35,111 bases of DNA from Alphaproteobacteria bacterium. GTDB taxonomy: Bacteria; Pseudomonadota; Alphaproteobacteria; Rhizobiales; Rhizobiaceae. The notes below the pieces were generated by a model, which worked only from the letters and a program-made list of their open reading frames with translations, was not told where the DNA came from and ran no database searches. The stretch spans positions 1 to 35,111 of the forward strand of contig JAUIBM010000001.1 in NCBI GenBank assembly GCA_030428345.1, given 5' to 3'. Position 1 is the first letter of the stretch; every line of letters starts with the position of its first letter. A program made the translations under genes and the position numbers. This document shows positions 14,880 to 22,981 of the stretch, in pieces.

Positions 14880-15720
14880 CGGCGATGCGCCGGCTGTCGA
14901 ACTGGATGGCCTGAAACTCGCTTTTCATGCCGGTACGCCCGATCAACGCATTGCGCTCGACAATCTGAGCCTTGCGTTGAACCGGGGCGATTTCGCGGTC
15001 GTCATCGGCTCGAACGGCGCTGGCAAGAGCACCCTGCTCAATGTCATTTCCGGCGCGCTGCGCCCGGATGCCGGGTCGATCGCCGTGGATGGGGTGGATG
15101 TCACGCGGGCTCCGGTCCACAGGCGGGCGGCCATGATCGGGCGGGTCTTCCAGGACCCGATGCTCGGCACCGCTCCCGCACTCTCGATCGAGGAAAACCT
15201 CGCCCTCGCCTCGATGCGGGGCCGGCGCAGGGGTCTGGGACTGGCGCTCGACCATGCCGCGCGCAGCCGCTTCGCGGCGCTGCTGGAGCCGTTTGGCCTT
15301 GGTCTGGAAAAGCGCATGGCCGCGCCGGCCAGCCTGCTCTCGGGCGGGCAGCGCCAGGTTCTCGCCCTGGTGATGGCCTCGCTGGTGCGACCCAGGGTGC
15401 TGTTGCTCGACGAGCACACCGCCGCGCTCGATCCCGGCACCGCCGCGCTGGTGATGCAGGCGACGCAGCGCATCGTCGCCGAGGGCGGCCTGACGACCCT
15501 TATGATCACGCACAACATGGCCCAGGCGGTCGAATACGGGAACCGGCTGCTCGCCATGGATGCCGGCCGCATCAAGCTCGACATTGCCGGCGCCGAAAAG
15601 ACTTCTCTCTCCATTGACGATCTGGTGCGCCGCTTCGCGGGCGACGCCGATCATGTCCTGCTGCGGTCCCGCGCCAACATGGCGGCAGGCCCGGCGGATG
15701 CAACCGGCGCGAAAGGGTGA
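14866..15720 (+). CDS. ABC transporter ATP-binding protein
   Basis: Walker A is GSNGAGKST, the signature is LSGGQRQ and Walker B is LLLDEHTAALD. The GTG start overlaps the end of the binding-protein gene by 14 nt. Confidence 0.9.
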   Translation: MSPNDGDAPAVELDGLKLAFHAGTPDQRIALDNLSLALNRGDFAVVIGSNGAGKSTLLNVISGALRPDAGSIAVDGVDVTRAPVHRRAAMIGRVFQDPMLGTAPALSIEENLALASMRGRRRGLGLALDHAARSRFAALLEPFGLGLEKRMAAPASLLSGGQRQVLALVMASLVRPRVLLLDEHTAALDPGTAALVMQATQRIVAEGGLTTLMITHNMAQAVEYGNRLLAMDAGRIKLDIAGAEKTSLSIDDLVRRFAGDADHVLLRSRANMAAGPADATGAKG

Positions 15721-15726
15721 GGCGGG

Positions 15727-16629
15727 ATGATGGACGCGCTTGTCCTTTATTGGAACCTTGTGCCCGTTACCCTGGTGCAGGGGCTGGCCTATGCGCTGGT
15801 CGCGCTGGCGGTGATGATACCCTTTCGCATCCTGTCGGTTCCTGATCTCTCCAGCGAGGGGGTCTTCCCGCTTGGCGCTTGCGTCGCCGCGGCGCTGATC
15901 GCCGCCGGCGTCTCGCCCATCGCCGCGACGCTGGCCGCCATCGTCGCCGGATTTTTCGCGGGCGTGACCACCGCGCTCATCCATTTGAAGTTCCGCGTGC
16001 ACTCCCTGCTCGCTGGCATTCTCACCATCACCATGCTGTGGAGCGTCAATCTGCGCGTTCTCGGCAAGCCGAACCAGCCGATCTTCGGCCAGCCGAACCT
16101 GTTCGACTGGATCAGCCCGGCAATCCTGATGAACCTCAATTTGCAGATCCTCGTCTTCGCCGTCCTGCTGGCGGTGCTGGTCGGCGCCTTGTGGTGGGGA
16201 CTGCAGACTCATGCCGGCCTGGCGCTGAGGGGCGTTGGCGCCAATCCGAGCCTTGCGCCCGCGCTCGGCGTCAATGTCGTGCTCTACACCTCCGCCGGCC
16301 TGGGACTGGCCAGTTGCTTCAGCGCGCTGGCTGGCGCCTTGCTGGCGCAGCAGCAGGGCTATGGCGATGTCGGCATGGGCGTCGGCATGCTGGTCAACGG
16401 TCTTGCGTCGGTCATCATCGGCGAGTCGATCACCGGCCGGCGCACCCTGCTGCGGCAGGTCCTCGCCCCGGTCGTCGGCTCGATCGCCTATTACCAACTC
16501 GCCTCGCTGGCGCTCTCGATCGGCCTGGAGCCTTCCGATCTGAAGATCGCCACCGGGGGCTTCGTCCTCCTCACCATTGGCTGGCCCGTCCTTCTGGGAC
16601 GCAAGACGCCGGCCTCGCGCGCATTTTGA
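15727..16629 (+). CDS. ABC transporter permease (branched-chain/BMP-like fold, partner of the two preceding genes)
   Basis: 300 aa, hydrophobic throughout with about 8 predicted TM segments. It starts 7 nt after the ATPase stop. Confidence 0.88.
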   Translation: MMDALVLYWNLVPVTLVQGLAYALVALAVMIPFRILSVPDLSSEGVFPLGACVAAALIAAGVSPIAATLAAIVAGFFAGVTTALIHLKFRVHSLLAGILTITMLWSVNLRVLGKPNQPIFGQPNLFDWISPAILMNLNLQILVFAVLLAVLVGALWWGLQTHAGLALRGVGANPSLAPALGVNVVLYTSAGLGLASCFSALAGALLAQQQGYGDVGMGVGMLVNGLASVIIGESITGRRTLLRQVLAPVVGSIAYYQLASLALSIGLEPSDLKIATGGFVLLTIGWPVLLGRKTPASRAF

Positions 16630-16653
16630 CCCCATCGCCAGGAATCCCGCACC

Positions 16654-17463
16654 ATGCAACAAACTGACCGCAAGACCCGGATCGGCGTCGCCGGCTACGG
16701 CTATATCGGCCGCTATCTCTGCCGGGCGATTGCCGGCAATCCGCAATGGGGCCTGGAACTGGCGTTCGTGTGGAACCGCAATTCCGAACGCCTGTTCGAC
16801 CTGCCGGAGGCGATCCGGCTGGCTGACCTCGCCGGGGCCCGCGATCGCGCGCCGGACCTGATCGTGGAATGCGCTCACCCCGACATCTCCACCAGGCACG
16901 GCGAGGGCTTCCTGGAATTCGCCGATTATCTGCCGCTCTCGGTCAACGCCCTCGCGGACCGGGGAACCGAGACGCGCATGCTCGCCTCGGCCGCCCGTTC
17001 CGGCCGCCGGCTGCTGATCCCGCACGGCGCGCTGATCGGCCTCGACAACCTCGTGGAGGTTGGCGACATGTGGAAGGACGTAACCATCACCTTTCGCAAG
17101 CATCCCGACAACATCGACTTCTCCGACAGCGGCATCGACCCGGCGGTCATTGTCGAGGAAACCCTGCTCTATGACGGGCCGGTGCGCGGCATCGCCAAAC
17201 TGTTCCCGCGCAACGTCAACACCATGACGACCTGCGCGCTGGCGACGACCGGGCTTGACCATTGCCGCGGCGTGCTGATCGCCGATCCCTCGCTGGATGT
17301 CGCCATCGCGGAAGTGCGCGCCGAAGGCAGTGACGGATCCGTCCATCGCTCCCGGAAGGTGCAGCCGGTGGTCGGCGTTTCCGGAACCGAGATGCTGGCG
17401 GCGCAGCTGGCATCGGTCAAGCGCGCCGCCGGCGTGTTCACGCCGGGATTGAATTTCGTTTGA
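16654..17463 (+). CDS. L-aspartate dehydrogenase (NadX/DUF108) family protein, possibly non-canonical
   Basis: The Rossmann N-terminus is RIGVAGYGYIGRYL. DLIVECAHPD, IPHGALIGLD and AKLFPRNVNT align by eye with T. maritima NadX (VVECASPEAV, PSGAIGGLD, KLFPRNINV). Confidence 0.8.
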   Translation: MQQTDRKTRIGVAGYGYIGRYLCRAIAGNPQWGLELAFVWNRNSERLFDLPEAIRLADLAGARDRAPDLIVECAHPDISTRHGEGFLEFADYLPLSVNALADRGTETRMLASAARSGRRLLIPHGALIGLDNLVEVGDMWKDVTITFRKHPDNIDFSDSGIDPAVIVEETLLYDGPVRGIAKLFPRNVNTMTTCALATTGLDHCRGVLIADPSLDVAIAEVRAEGSDGSVHRSRKVQPVVGVSGTEMLAAQLASVKRAAGVFTPGLNFV

Positions 17464-17486
17464 ACGAGCGGGGGCAGGGCGCGGCC

Positions 17487-18422
17487 ATGCGGGAAGACAG
17501 CCAGCAACAAGGCAGCCAGAAGCAAGGCGGGGAAGGGGCTGGCCGGCTCGGTCTCGACGCCGATCTCGACGAGGCGGCGCTGCTTGCCGCCTACAATCCG
17601 AAGCTCACGGTTTCGGACGCGGAATTCGAGGCGGTGATCGATCGCTATCTTTCCGCCTCGCAGCATGCCGCGCGGACCTGCCGGCATCGCGCGGACATCG
17701 TCTTCGATGCGCAGAGCGGGCAGACCTTTGACCTCTTCGCTGCGGGCGAAGGGGTCCGCGCGCCGGCATTCATGTTCATCCATGGCGGCTATTGGCGCGG
17801 ACTGTCCAAGCACCATTCCGCCTTCATGGCGCCGATGCTGGCGGCGAGGGGCATCGCCACCGTTGCGGTCGACCATCAATTGTCGCCCAGCGCGACGCTC
17901 CCCGAAATCGTGCGCCAGATCAGGGCCGCCTGCGCCCATCTGTGGAAGAACGCCGAGGATCTGGGAATCGACCGCAACCGGATATTCGTCGGCGGCAGTT
18001 CGGCCGGCGGCCATCTTGCCGCCATGCTGGTCGCCGGCGGCTGGCAATCCGCCTTCGACCTGCCCGAAGCCCCGGTCGCCGGACTGTTTGCGATCAGCGG
18101 CCTGTTCGACCTGACGCCGATCGCCCGCACATTCCCGCAGCAATGGCTCAATCTCTCCCCCGCCGATGTGGTGGCGATGAGCCCGCTCGCGCATCTGCCG
18201 AGGCAGGGCCCGCCTTCGGTCGTCGCACATGCCAGGCACGAACCGGCCGGCTTCCTCCGCCAGTCCGCCGCATGGCGCCGCGCCTGGCGCGAGGCGGGCT
18301 TTGACGCACGCCTGCTAGAGATCGACGACCGCAATCACTTCGACATCATTCTCGATCTGATGGACGAAGGCAGCGAAATGACTCGCGCCTTGCTGTCGCT
18401 GATTGAGAATGGTGGCGTTTGA
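17487..18422 (+). CDS. Alpha/beta-hydrolase (fold-3), arylformamidase / kynurenine formamidase-like
   Basis: The HGGYW oxyanion motif (FIHGGYWRG) and the nucleophile elbow GGSSAGGHL are present, with a C-terminal NHFD. The start could also be the TTG at 17460. Confidence 0.75.
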   Translation: MREDSQQQGSQKQGGEGAGRLGLDADLDEAALLAAYNPKLTVSDAEFEAVIDRYLSASQHAARTCRHRADIVFDAQSGQTFDLFAAGEGVRAPAFMFIHGGYWRGLSKHHSAFMAPMLAARGIATVAVDHQLSPSATLPEIVRQIRAACAHLWKNAEDLGIDRNRIFVGGSSAGGHLAAMLVAGGWQSAFDLPEAPVAGLFAISGLFDLTPIARTFPQQWLNLSPADVVAMSPLAHLPRQGPPSVVAHARHEPAGFLRQSAAWRRAWREAGFDARLLEIDDRNHFDIILDLMDEGSEMTRALLSLIENGGV

Positions 18423-18428
18423 GCGGCG

Positions 18429-18935
18429 ATGTCCGGCCATCCCGACGATCGCGATGACGAGACCGGCGAAGATGCCGGGCCGGCCCCGGCGTCGGAAGGC
18501 TTCGCGCTGGCAGATCTGTTGTCGCATCTTCTCAGGCGCGCCCATTTCGATGCGGAGGCCGCCTTCGCCGAGCATTATGCCGGCCTTGATGTCACCTCGC
18601 GCCAGTTGGCGCTGCTTTATGCGATCCACCGCGACCCGGGCGCCCAGCAGGCCGTGCTCGCCGCGTCGATCGGCCTCGACGTCAATACCTGCAGCGATCT
18701 CGCCAAGCGCATCGAGCGCAAGGGCCTGATCCGCCGCGAGCGATCCACCGCCGACCGCCGCGCCTTCGGCCTCTTCCTCACCCCCGCCGGCGAGGCGATG
18801 ATCGCGCACACCGCGCCGCTGACGATGCCGTACCAGCGGGCGATCGCCTCGCGGCTGACCGATCGCGAACGGGGCCATATGCTGCAATTGCTGCGGCGGA
18901 TGCTGGGCCTGGAAGAAACATCGGCAAAATCCTGA
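18429..18935 (+). CDS. MarR-family transcriptional regulator
   Basis: The wHTH region is LDVTSRQLALLYAIHRDPGAQQAVLAASIGLDVNTCSDLAKRIERKGLIRRERSTADRRAFGLFLTPAGEAM. The product is 168 aa. Confidence 0.9.
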   Translation: MSGHPDDRDDETGEDAGPAPASEGFALADLLSHLLRRAHFDAEAAFAEHYAGLDVTSRQLALLYAIHRDPGAQQAVLAASIGLDVNTCSDLAKRIERKGLIRRERSTADRRAFGLFLTPAGEAMIAHTAPLTMPYQRAIASRLTDRERGHMLQLLRRMLGLEETSAKS

Positions 18936-19002
18936 TCTCCCGCTTGAATTTCGCGCGATCGACTTCAGGTTCTCATGCAAGCGCTTGTCTGGCGCGGCGC
19001 AA

Positions 19003-19018
19003 TGTGATGGATTTCACA
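19003..19018. promoter_or_regulatory. Perfect CRP/FNR-class palindrome TGTGA-N6-TCACA
   Basis: TGTGATGGATTTCACA. It is centred about 60 nt upstream of the ATG at 19071. Confidence 0.5.
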
Positions 19019-19070
19019 CTCAAACATCTGCCGCCGCGCTACGATAGGCTCGAACAGGGGAGATTTTGAC

Positions 19071-19475
19071 ATGATTTCGACTGCAACGAGACTGCTTGCC
19101 GCAACTGCCATCTTCAGCCAGATCGCCGCTTTCGCCCTGCCGGCCCATGCCCAGCCGGGCTTCGTCCAGGTGGCCAGCGGCAAGTCCAAGCGGGTGGACG
19201 CCTATCTCGGCTGGAAAAACGATTGCTCGCAAATGCCGATCAACATCGATGTCGTGAGAAAGCCCAGGCATGGCACGCTGTCGCACCGCTTCGTGACCGA
19301 GACCATTCGCAAGGCGAGCATCGGCGGGGTCAGGAATTGCTACGGCAAGAAGGTTCGTGCATTGGCGATCTACTACAAGTCGGATCGCGGCTATCGCGGC
19401 AGCGACAGCCTCAGCGTCCGCATTTCCATCGGGGGGAAGCCGGCAAACTATAATTACAACATCGCCATTCGTTGA
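19071..19475 (+). CDS. Small secreted protein with a single Ig-like/cadherin-like repeat (hypothetical)
   Basis: The signal peptide is LLAATAIFSQIAAFALPAHA. The mature part contains the pattern PRHGTL...YYKSDRGYRGSDSLSVRI, which is typical of bacterial Ig-like repeats. GGGGAG precedes the ATG. Confidence 0.7.
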   Translation: MISTATRLLAATAIFSQIAAFALPAHAQPGFVQVASGKSKRVDAYLGWKNDCSQMPINIDVVRKPRHGTLSHRFVTETIRKASIGGVRNCYGKKVRALAIYYKSDRGYRGSDSLSVRISIGGKPANYNYNIAIR

Positions 19476-19498
19476 GGGAAATATCGGCCGAGGGGAAA

Positions 19499-20989
19499 AT
19501 GGCAAGACTCATCCTGCTGATGGTTCTACTTCTGGGCGCCGGTCTTCCGGCGGCGGCGGAACGGCGTGTTGCGCTGGTGATCGGCAATTCCGACTATCGG
19601 CGCGCGGGCGAGCTTCGGAACCCGGCCAATGACGCGACCGACGTGACGAAAGCGCTGCGCGCCCTCGGATTTGAAGTCGTCAGCGGCGTCAATCTCGACG
19701 GCAACGCCATGCGCCGCGCCGTCCGGGATTTCTCCGACAAGCTGGAGGGTGCCGAAACCGCGCTTTTCTTCTATGCGGGCCATGCCGTGCAGGTGGATGG
19801 CAAGAACTATCTCGCGCCGATCGACACCGATCTCCGCAAGGAATCGGATCTGGATTTCGAGACCATCTCGCTCGATCTGGTGCGCAGGCAGATGGAGCGC
19901 AATGCGCAGACCCAGATCGTGTTTCTCGACGCCTGCCGCGACAATCCGCTGACGCGCAGTCTTTCGGGGCGTTCGCGCTCCGTCGGGCAGGGCAAGGGTC
20001 TGGCGCGCTTCGATACCAGCGCCGAAGGCGCGTTCATCGCTTTCGCAACCCAGCCGGACAATGTTGCGCTCGATGGGGAGGGACGCAACAGCCCCTTCAC
20101 CAAGGCGCTCCTGCGCCACATCGCCACGCCGAATGTCGAGATCTCGGCGATGATGACCGACGTGCGTCGCGAAGTGTTCGAGGCGACGCAGGAGCGCCAG
20201 CTGCCCTGGACCAATTCCTCGCTTCTGGGCTCGTTCTTCTTCAACCCGACGCCGGTCGAGCCCAGCCCGGAAGAGAAGGCGCGCGCCGAGCGTCTGGCGA
20301 AGCTGGCGGCCGAGGCCGACGCTTATGAGGCGGTAAAGAACAGCAAGGACATCGCCGCGTTCGAGGCATTTCTGCGCGAGCATGGCGACAGCAATTACGC
20401 CCCGCTCGCCCGCCTGGCGATTCAGCGCCTCACCCCGGCGCCCGAGCCCGAACCCGCGCCGGCAGCCCCGGTCCCTGCGGCGCAGGCGCAGAAATCCGAA
20501 CCGGAAAAGCCGGCGGTGGTCGCCAGCCTCGAGCCGCAATCGGAAGCGGGCGCAAGGCAGGGCGTCGCCGCGAGCAAGGAGCCATTGCCGGGAGACGCCG
20601 TGGCCGATGCGCCGGTGCCGGCCGACGATGAATTGTCTAAAGAGGCCGTGCGCCAGATTCAGAGCGAACTCGACCGCATAGGCTGCGATCCGGGCAGGCC
20701 CGATGGCGTCTGGGGAAACCGAAGCCGCAGCGCCCTGGGCGATTATGCCCGCCACGCAAAGGTTGATCTTGCCTCGCTGGAGCCAAGCGCGGAATTGCTC
20801 GATCAGCTGCAGGCGCGCAAGCAGACCGTCTGCCCGAAAGCCGAGCCGCCGCAGCGCGCTTCCAGGCCAGCCGCCAAGACCGCCGAGACGGCTGTCCGGC
20901 CCAAGCCGGTCCGCAAGACCTCGCGTCCGTCGTCCCGGCCATCTTCGCGTAGCTGTTTCCGGTTCAACGGCCAACTCGTCTGCGAGTAA
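19499..20989 (+). CDS. Secreted caspase-family (peptidase C14, orthocaspase) protein with a Pro/Ala-rich linker and a C-terminal peptidoglycan-binding-like domain
   Basis: The signal peptide is MARLILLMVLLLGAGLPAAA. The catalytic dyad contexts are FFYAGHAVQ (His) and IVFLDACRDNP (Cys). The PG_binding_1-like segment is VRQIQSELDRIGCDPGRPDGVWGNRSRSALGDY. The ATG at 19499 is preceded by GAGGGG. The track start at 19472 is a TTG. Confidence 0.85.
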   Translation: MARLILLMVLLLGAGLPAAAERRVALVIGNSDYRRAGELRNPANDATDVTKALRALGFEVVSGVNLDGNAMRRAVRDFSDKLEGAETALFFYAGHAVQVDGKNYLAPIDTDLRKESDLDFETISLDLVRRQMERNAQTQIVFLDACRDNPLTRSLSGRSRSVGQGKGLARFDTSAEGAFIAFATQPDNVALDGEGRNSPFTKALLRHIATPNVEISAMMTDVRREVFEATQERQLPWTNSSLLGSFFFNPTPVEPSPEEKARAERLAKLAAEADAYEAVKNSKDIAAFEAFLREHGDSNYAPLARLAIQRLTPAPEPEPAPAAPVPAAQAQKSEPEKPAVVASLEPQSEAGARQGVAASKEPLPGDAVADAPVPADDELSKEAVRQIQSELDRIGCDPGRPDGVWGNRSRSALGDYARHAKVDLASLEPSAELLDQLQARKQTVCPKAEPPQRASRPAAKTAETAVRPKPVRKTSRPSSRPSSRSCFRFNGQLVCE

Positions 20990-21120
20990 CAAACGCCTGA
21001 GCCAGGGCCGATAGTCCGCGCCCCCGCGGAGCCGGGATAGGTCGCGAAGGCCTTTCCGTTTCTCGGCCAAGGCAATCCTCCAACACACCCTCGCACAGCC
21101 CTCCGAATTTTTGGTCTTGC

Positions 21121-21151
21121 AATTAATCAGTCGTTTGATTAATTCAAACGA
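21121..21151. promoter_or_regulatory. AT-rich overlapping double palindrome, candidate TetR operator
   Basis: The first palindrome is AATTAATCA-N6-TGATTAATT (21121..21144). The second is TCGTTTGA-N5-TCAAACGA (21131..21151). Both have perfect arms. They lie about 130 nt upstream of the tetR ATG. Confidence 0.55.
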
Positions 21152-21281
21152 ACGATCATTGCCTGGAGCGGGCTCGAAGGCGGCAAGCGCGGCAAGCTCG
21201 ACAAACGCGAAATTTGCCGCAAGGGCGGCAAGCCGCCGCGAGCACCGGCGGGCCTCGTTCCGGGATGAAGCGCAGGGAGTC

Positions 21282-22028
21282 ATGACGACGATGGCGAACA
21301 TGGAAGACCATCCGGCCCCGCCGGGCGCCCCGGCAGAACGCGCCGGGCCGGCGGAGAGCGGCGTGGAGGCGACACGCCTCTCCTTGATCGAAGCGGGACT
21401 GAAGCTGTTCGGCTCAAAGGGGTTCGAGGCGTCCTCCACGCGGGAAATCGCCCGCACGGCCGACGCCAACATCGCCTCCATCGGCTATCATTTCGGCGGC
21501 AAGGAAGGCCTCAGGCTGGCCTGCGCCCAGCATGTGGCGAGCCACATCTGGAAGATCGCCTCCGCAGCCGCCGCCCTTGCCCGCTTCCCGCAGGACGACA
21601 ATTCGCCTTCGCCAGATCAGGCGCGCGCCGCCGTTCTGACCTTTGCCGGCGCGATGGTGCGCGGCATTCTGGGTGACGAGCGCACCTTGCCGATGATCGA
21701 TTTCGTGATCCGCGAGATCGCCAATCCCTCGCCGACGCTCGACATGGTCTACCGCTCCGTCATCGACCCGATGCATCGCCGCGTCTGCGGGCTCTGGGGG
21801 CTGGCGACCGGGCGCGACGGCGAGAGCGAGGCGGTTCGCCTGGCGGTCTTCGCCGCGATCGGCCAGATCATGTATTTCCGCATCGCGCGCGAGATCATTC
21901 TGCGGCGCATGGACTGGAGCGGCTATGACGAGGCCGCCATTGCCGCGATCGCCGGCGAGGTGGTCGCCTGCGTGGAAGCCTCGCTCGACCGGCTTTCGCC
22001 CGGCGGCCGGACGGGAGAAGCATCATGA
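21282..22028 (+). CDS. TetR-family transcriptional regulator (CecR/YbiH-like)
   Basis: The HTH region is RLSLIEAGLKLFGSKGFEASSTREIARTADANIASIGYHFGGKEGL. The ATG at 21282 is preceded by AGGGAG. The stop overlaps the HlyD start (ATGA). Confidence 0.88.
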   Translation: MTTMANMEDHPAPPGAPAERAGPAESGVEATRLSLIEAGLKLFGSKGFEASSTREIARTADANIASIGYHFGGKEGLRLACAQHVASHIWKIASAAAALARFPQDDNSPSPDQARAAVLTFAGAMVRGILGDERTLPMIDFVIREIANPSPTLDMVYRSVIDPMHRRVCGLWGLATGRDGESEAVRLAVFAAIGQIMYFRIAREIILRRMDWSGYDEAAIAAIAGEVVACVEASLDRLSPGGRTGEAS

Positions 22029-22981
22029 TGGAATGGCTCTGTGTCCTGCCCGTCTTGGCCGGGCTGTTTTCCGGCTGCGGCCAGTCGACGCCATTGGCGG
22101 TCGGCTATGTCGAGGGCGAATACGCCCTGCTCGCGCCCACCGCCACCGCGCGTCTGATCGACATCACCGTGCGTCGGGGCGAGCGCCTTGACGCCGGCGC
22201 GGTCGTCGCCGTGCAGGAAACCCGCGACGCCGAACTGGCCGTCAGCGAGGCGCGGGCGGCGGCCCATCGCGCCGAGGCTCAACTCGGCAATCTCAAGGAG
22301 GGAAAGCGGCCGGAGGAAATCGCCGTCATCGAGGCTTCGCTTCGCTCCGCCGTCGCCCAGGCGAGCGACGCGGAACGCCAATTGCAGCGCCAGAAGAATC
22401 TTTCCGAGCGCGGCTTCGCCTCGCAGTCCGACTTCGACACGGCCGAGACCACGCTGGAGATGGCGCAGGCCAAGGTCGCCGAACTGCGCGCCAATCTGGA
22501 GGTCGCGCGCCTGCCGGCCCGCGAAGCGGAGATTGCCGCCGCCTCCGATCAGGCGCAGCAATCGCGTTCCGCGCTGCAAAGCGCCGAGTGGCGGCTGTCC
22601 GAGCGAACGATCCGCGCGCCCGCCAATGGCGAGGTCGCCGATGTCATCCTGCGCAAGGGCGAGGTCGCCGGCCCCTCCGCTCCGGTGATCTCGTTCCTGC
22701 CGGACGGCGCCACCAAGCTCAAGCTTTATGTTCCCGAGCCAGAACTGGCGGCCATCGCGCCGGGAACGCGCCTGACGGTGCGCTGCGACGGCTGCGGCGA
22801 GGGTCAGCACGCCGTCGTCAGCTATGTCGCCGACGCGCCGGAATTCACCCCGCCGGTGATCTACTCGCTCAACCGCCGCCAGAAGCTGGTCTATCTGGTC
22901 GAGGCGCGGCCCGAAGGCGCGGCAAGGCTGCTCAAGCCAGGACAGATTGTCGACGTGGTATTGGCGGAATCCGCGAAATGA
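22025..22981 (+). CDS. HlyD-family periplasmic adaptor lipoprotein (YbhG-like)
   Basis: The lipobox is LAGLFSGC. A coiled-coil middle part (AELAVSEARAAAHRAEAQLGNLKEGKRPEEIAVIEASL...) is followed by a beta-barrel C-terminus. Confidence 0.88.
   Translation: MMEWLCVLPVLAGLFSGCGQSTPLAVGYVEGEYALLAPTATARLIDITVRRGERLDAGAVVAVQETRDAELAVSEARAAAHRAEAQLGNLKEGKRPEEIAVIEASLRSAVAQASDAERQLQRQKNLSERGFASQSDFDTAETTLEMAQAKVAELRANLEVARLPAREAEIAAASDQAQQSRSALQSAEWRLSERTIRAPANGEVADVILRKGEVAGPSAPVISFLPDGATKLKLYVPEPELAAIAPGTRLTVRCDGCGEGQHAVVSYVADAPEFTPPVIYSLNRRQKLVYLVEARPEGAARLLKPGQIVDVVLAESAK

Noticed and set aside
14833-17346. An 837-aa minus-strand ORF antisense to the ABC ATPase, permease and NadX-like genes
   Set aside because: Its composition is dominated by Arg, Gly, Asp, His and Gln runs, with no recognisable motif. 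It fully overlaps plus-strand genes that have clear family motifs. This is the typical long shadow ORF of GC-rich DNA.
21170-21245. A repeated AAGG(G)CGGCAAGC segment between the TetR palindromes and the tetR start codon
   Set aside because: There are only two short, imperfect copies in GC-rich DNA. No structure or spacing suggests a function.
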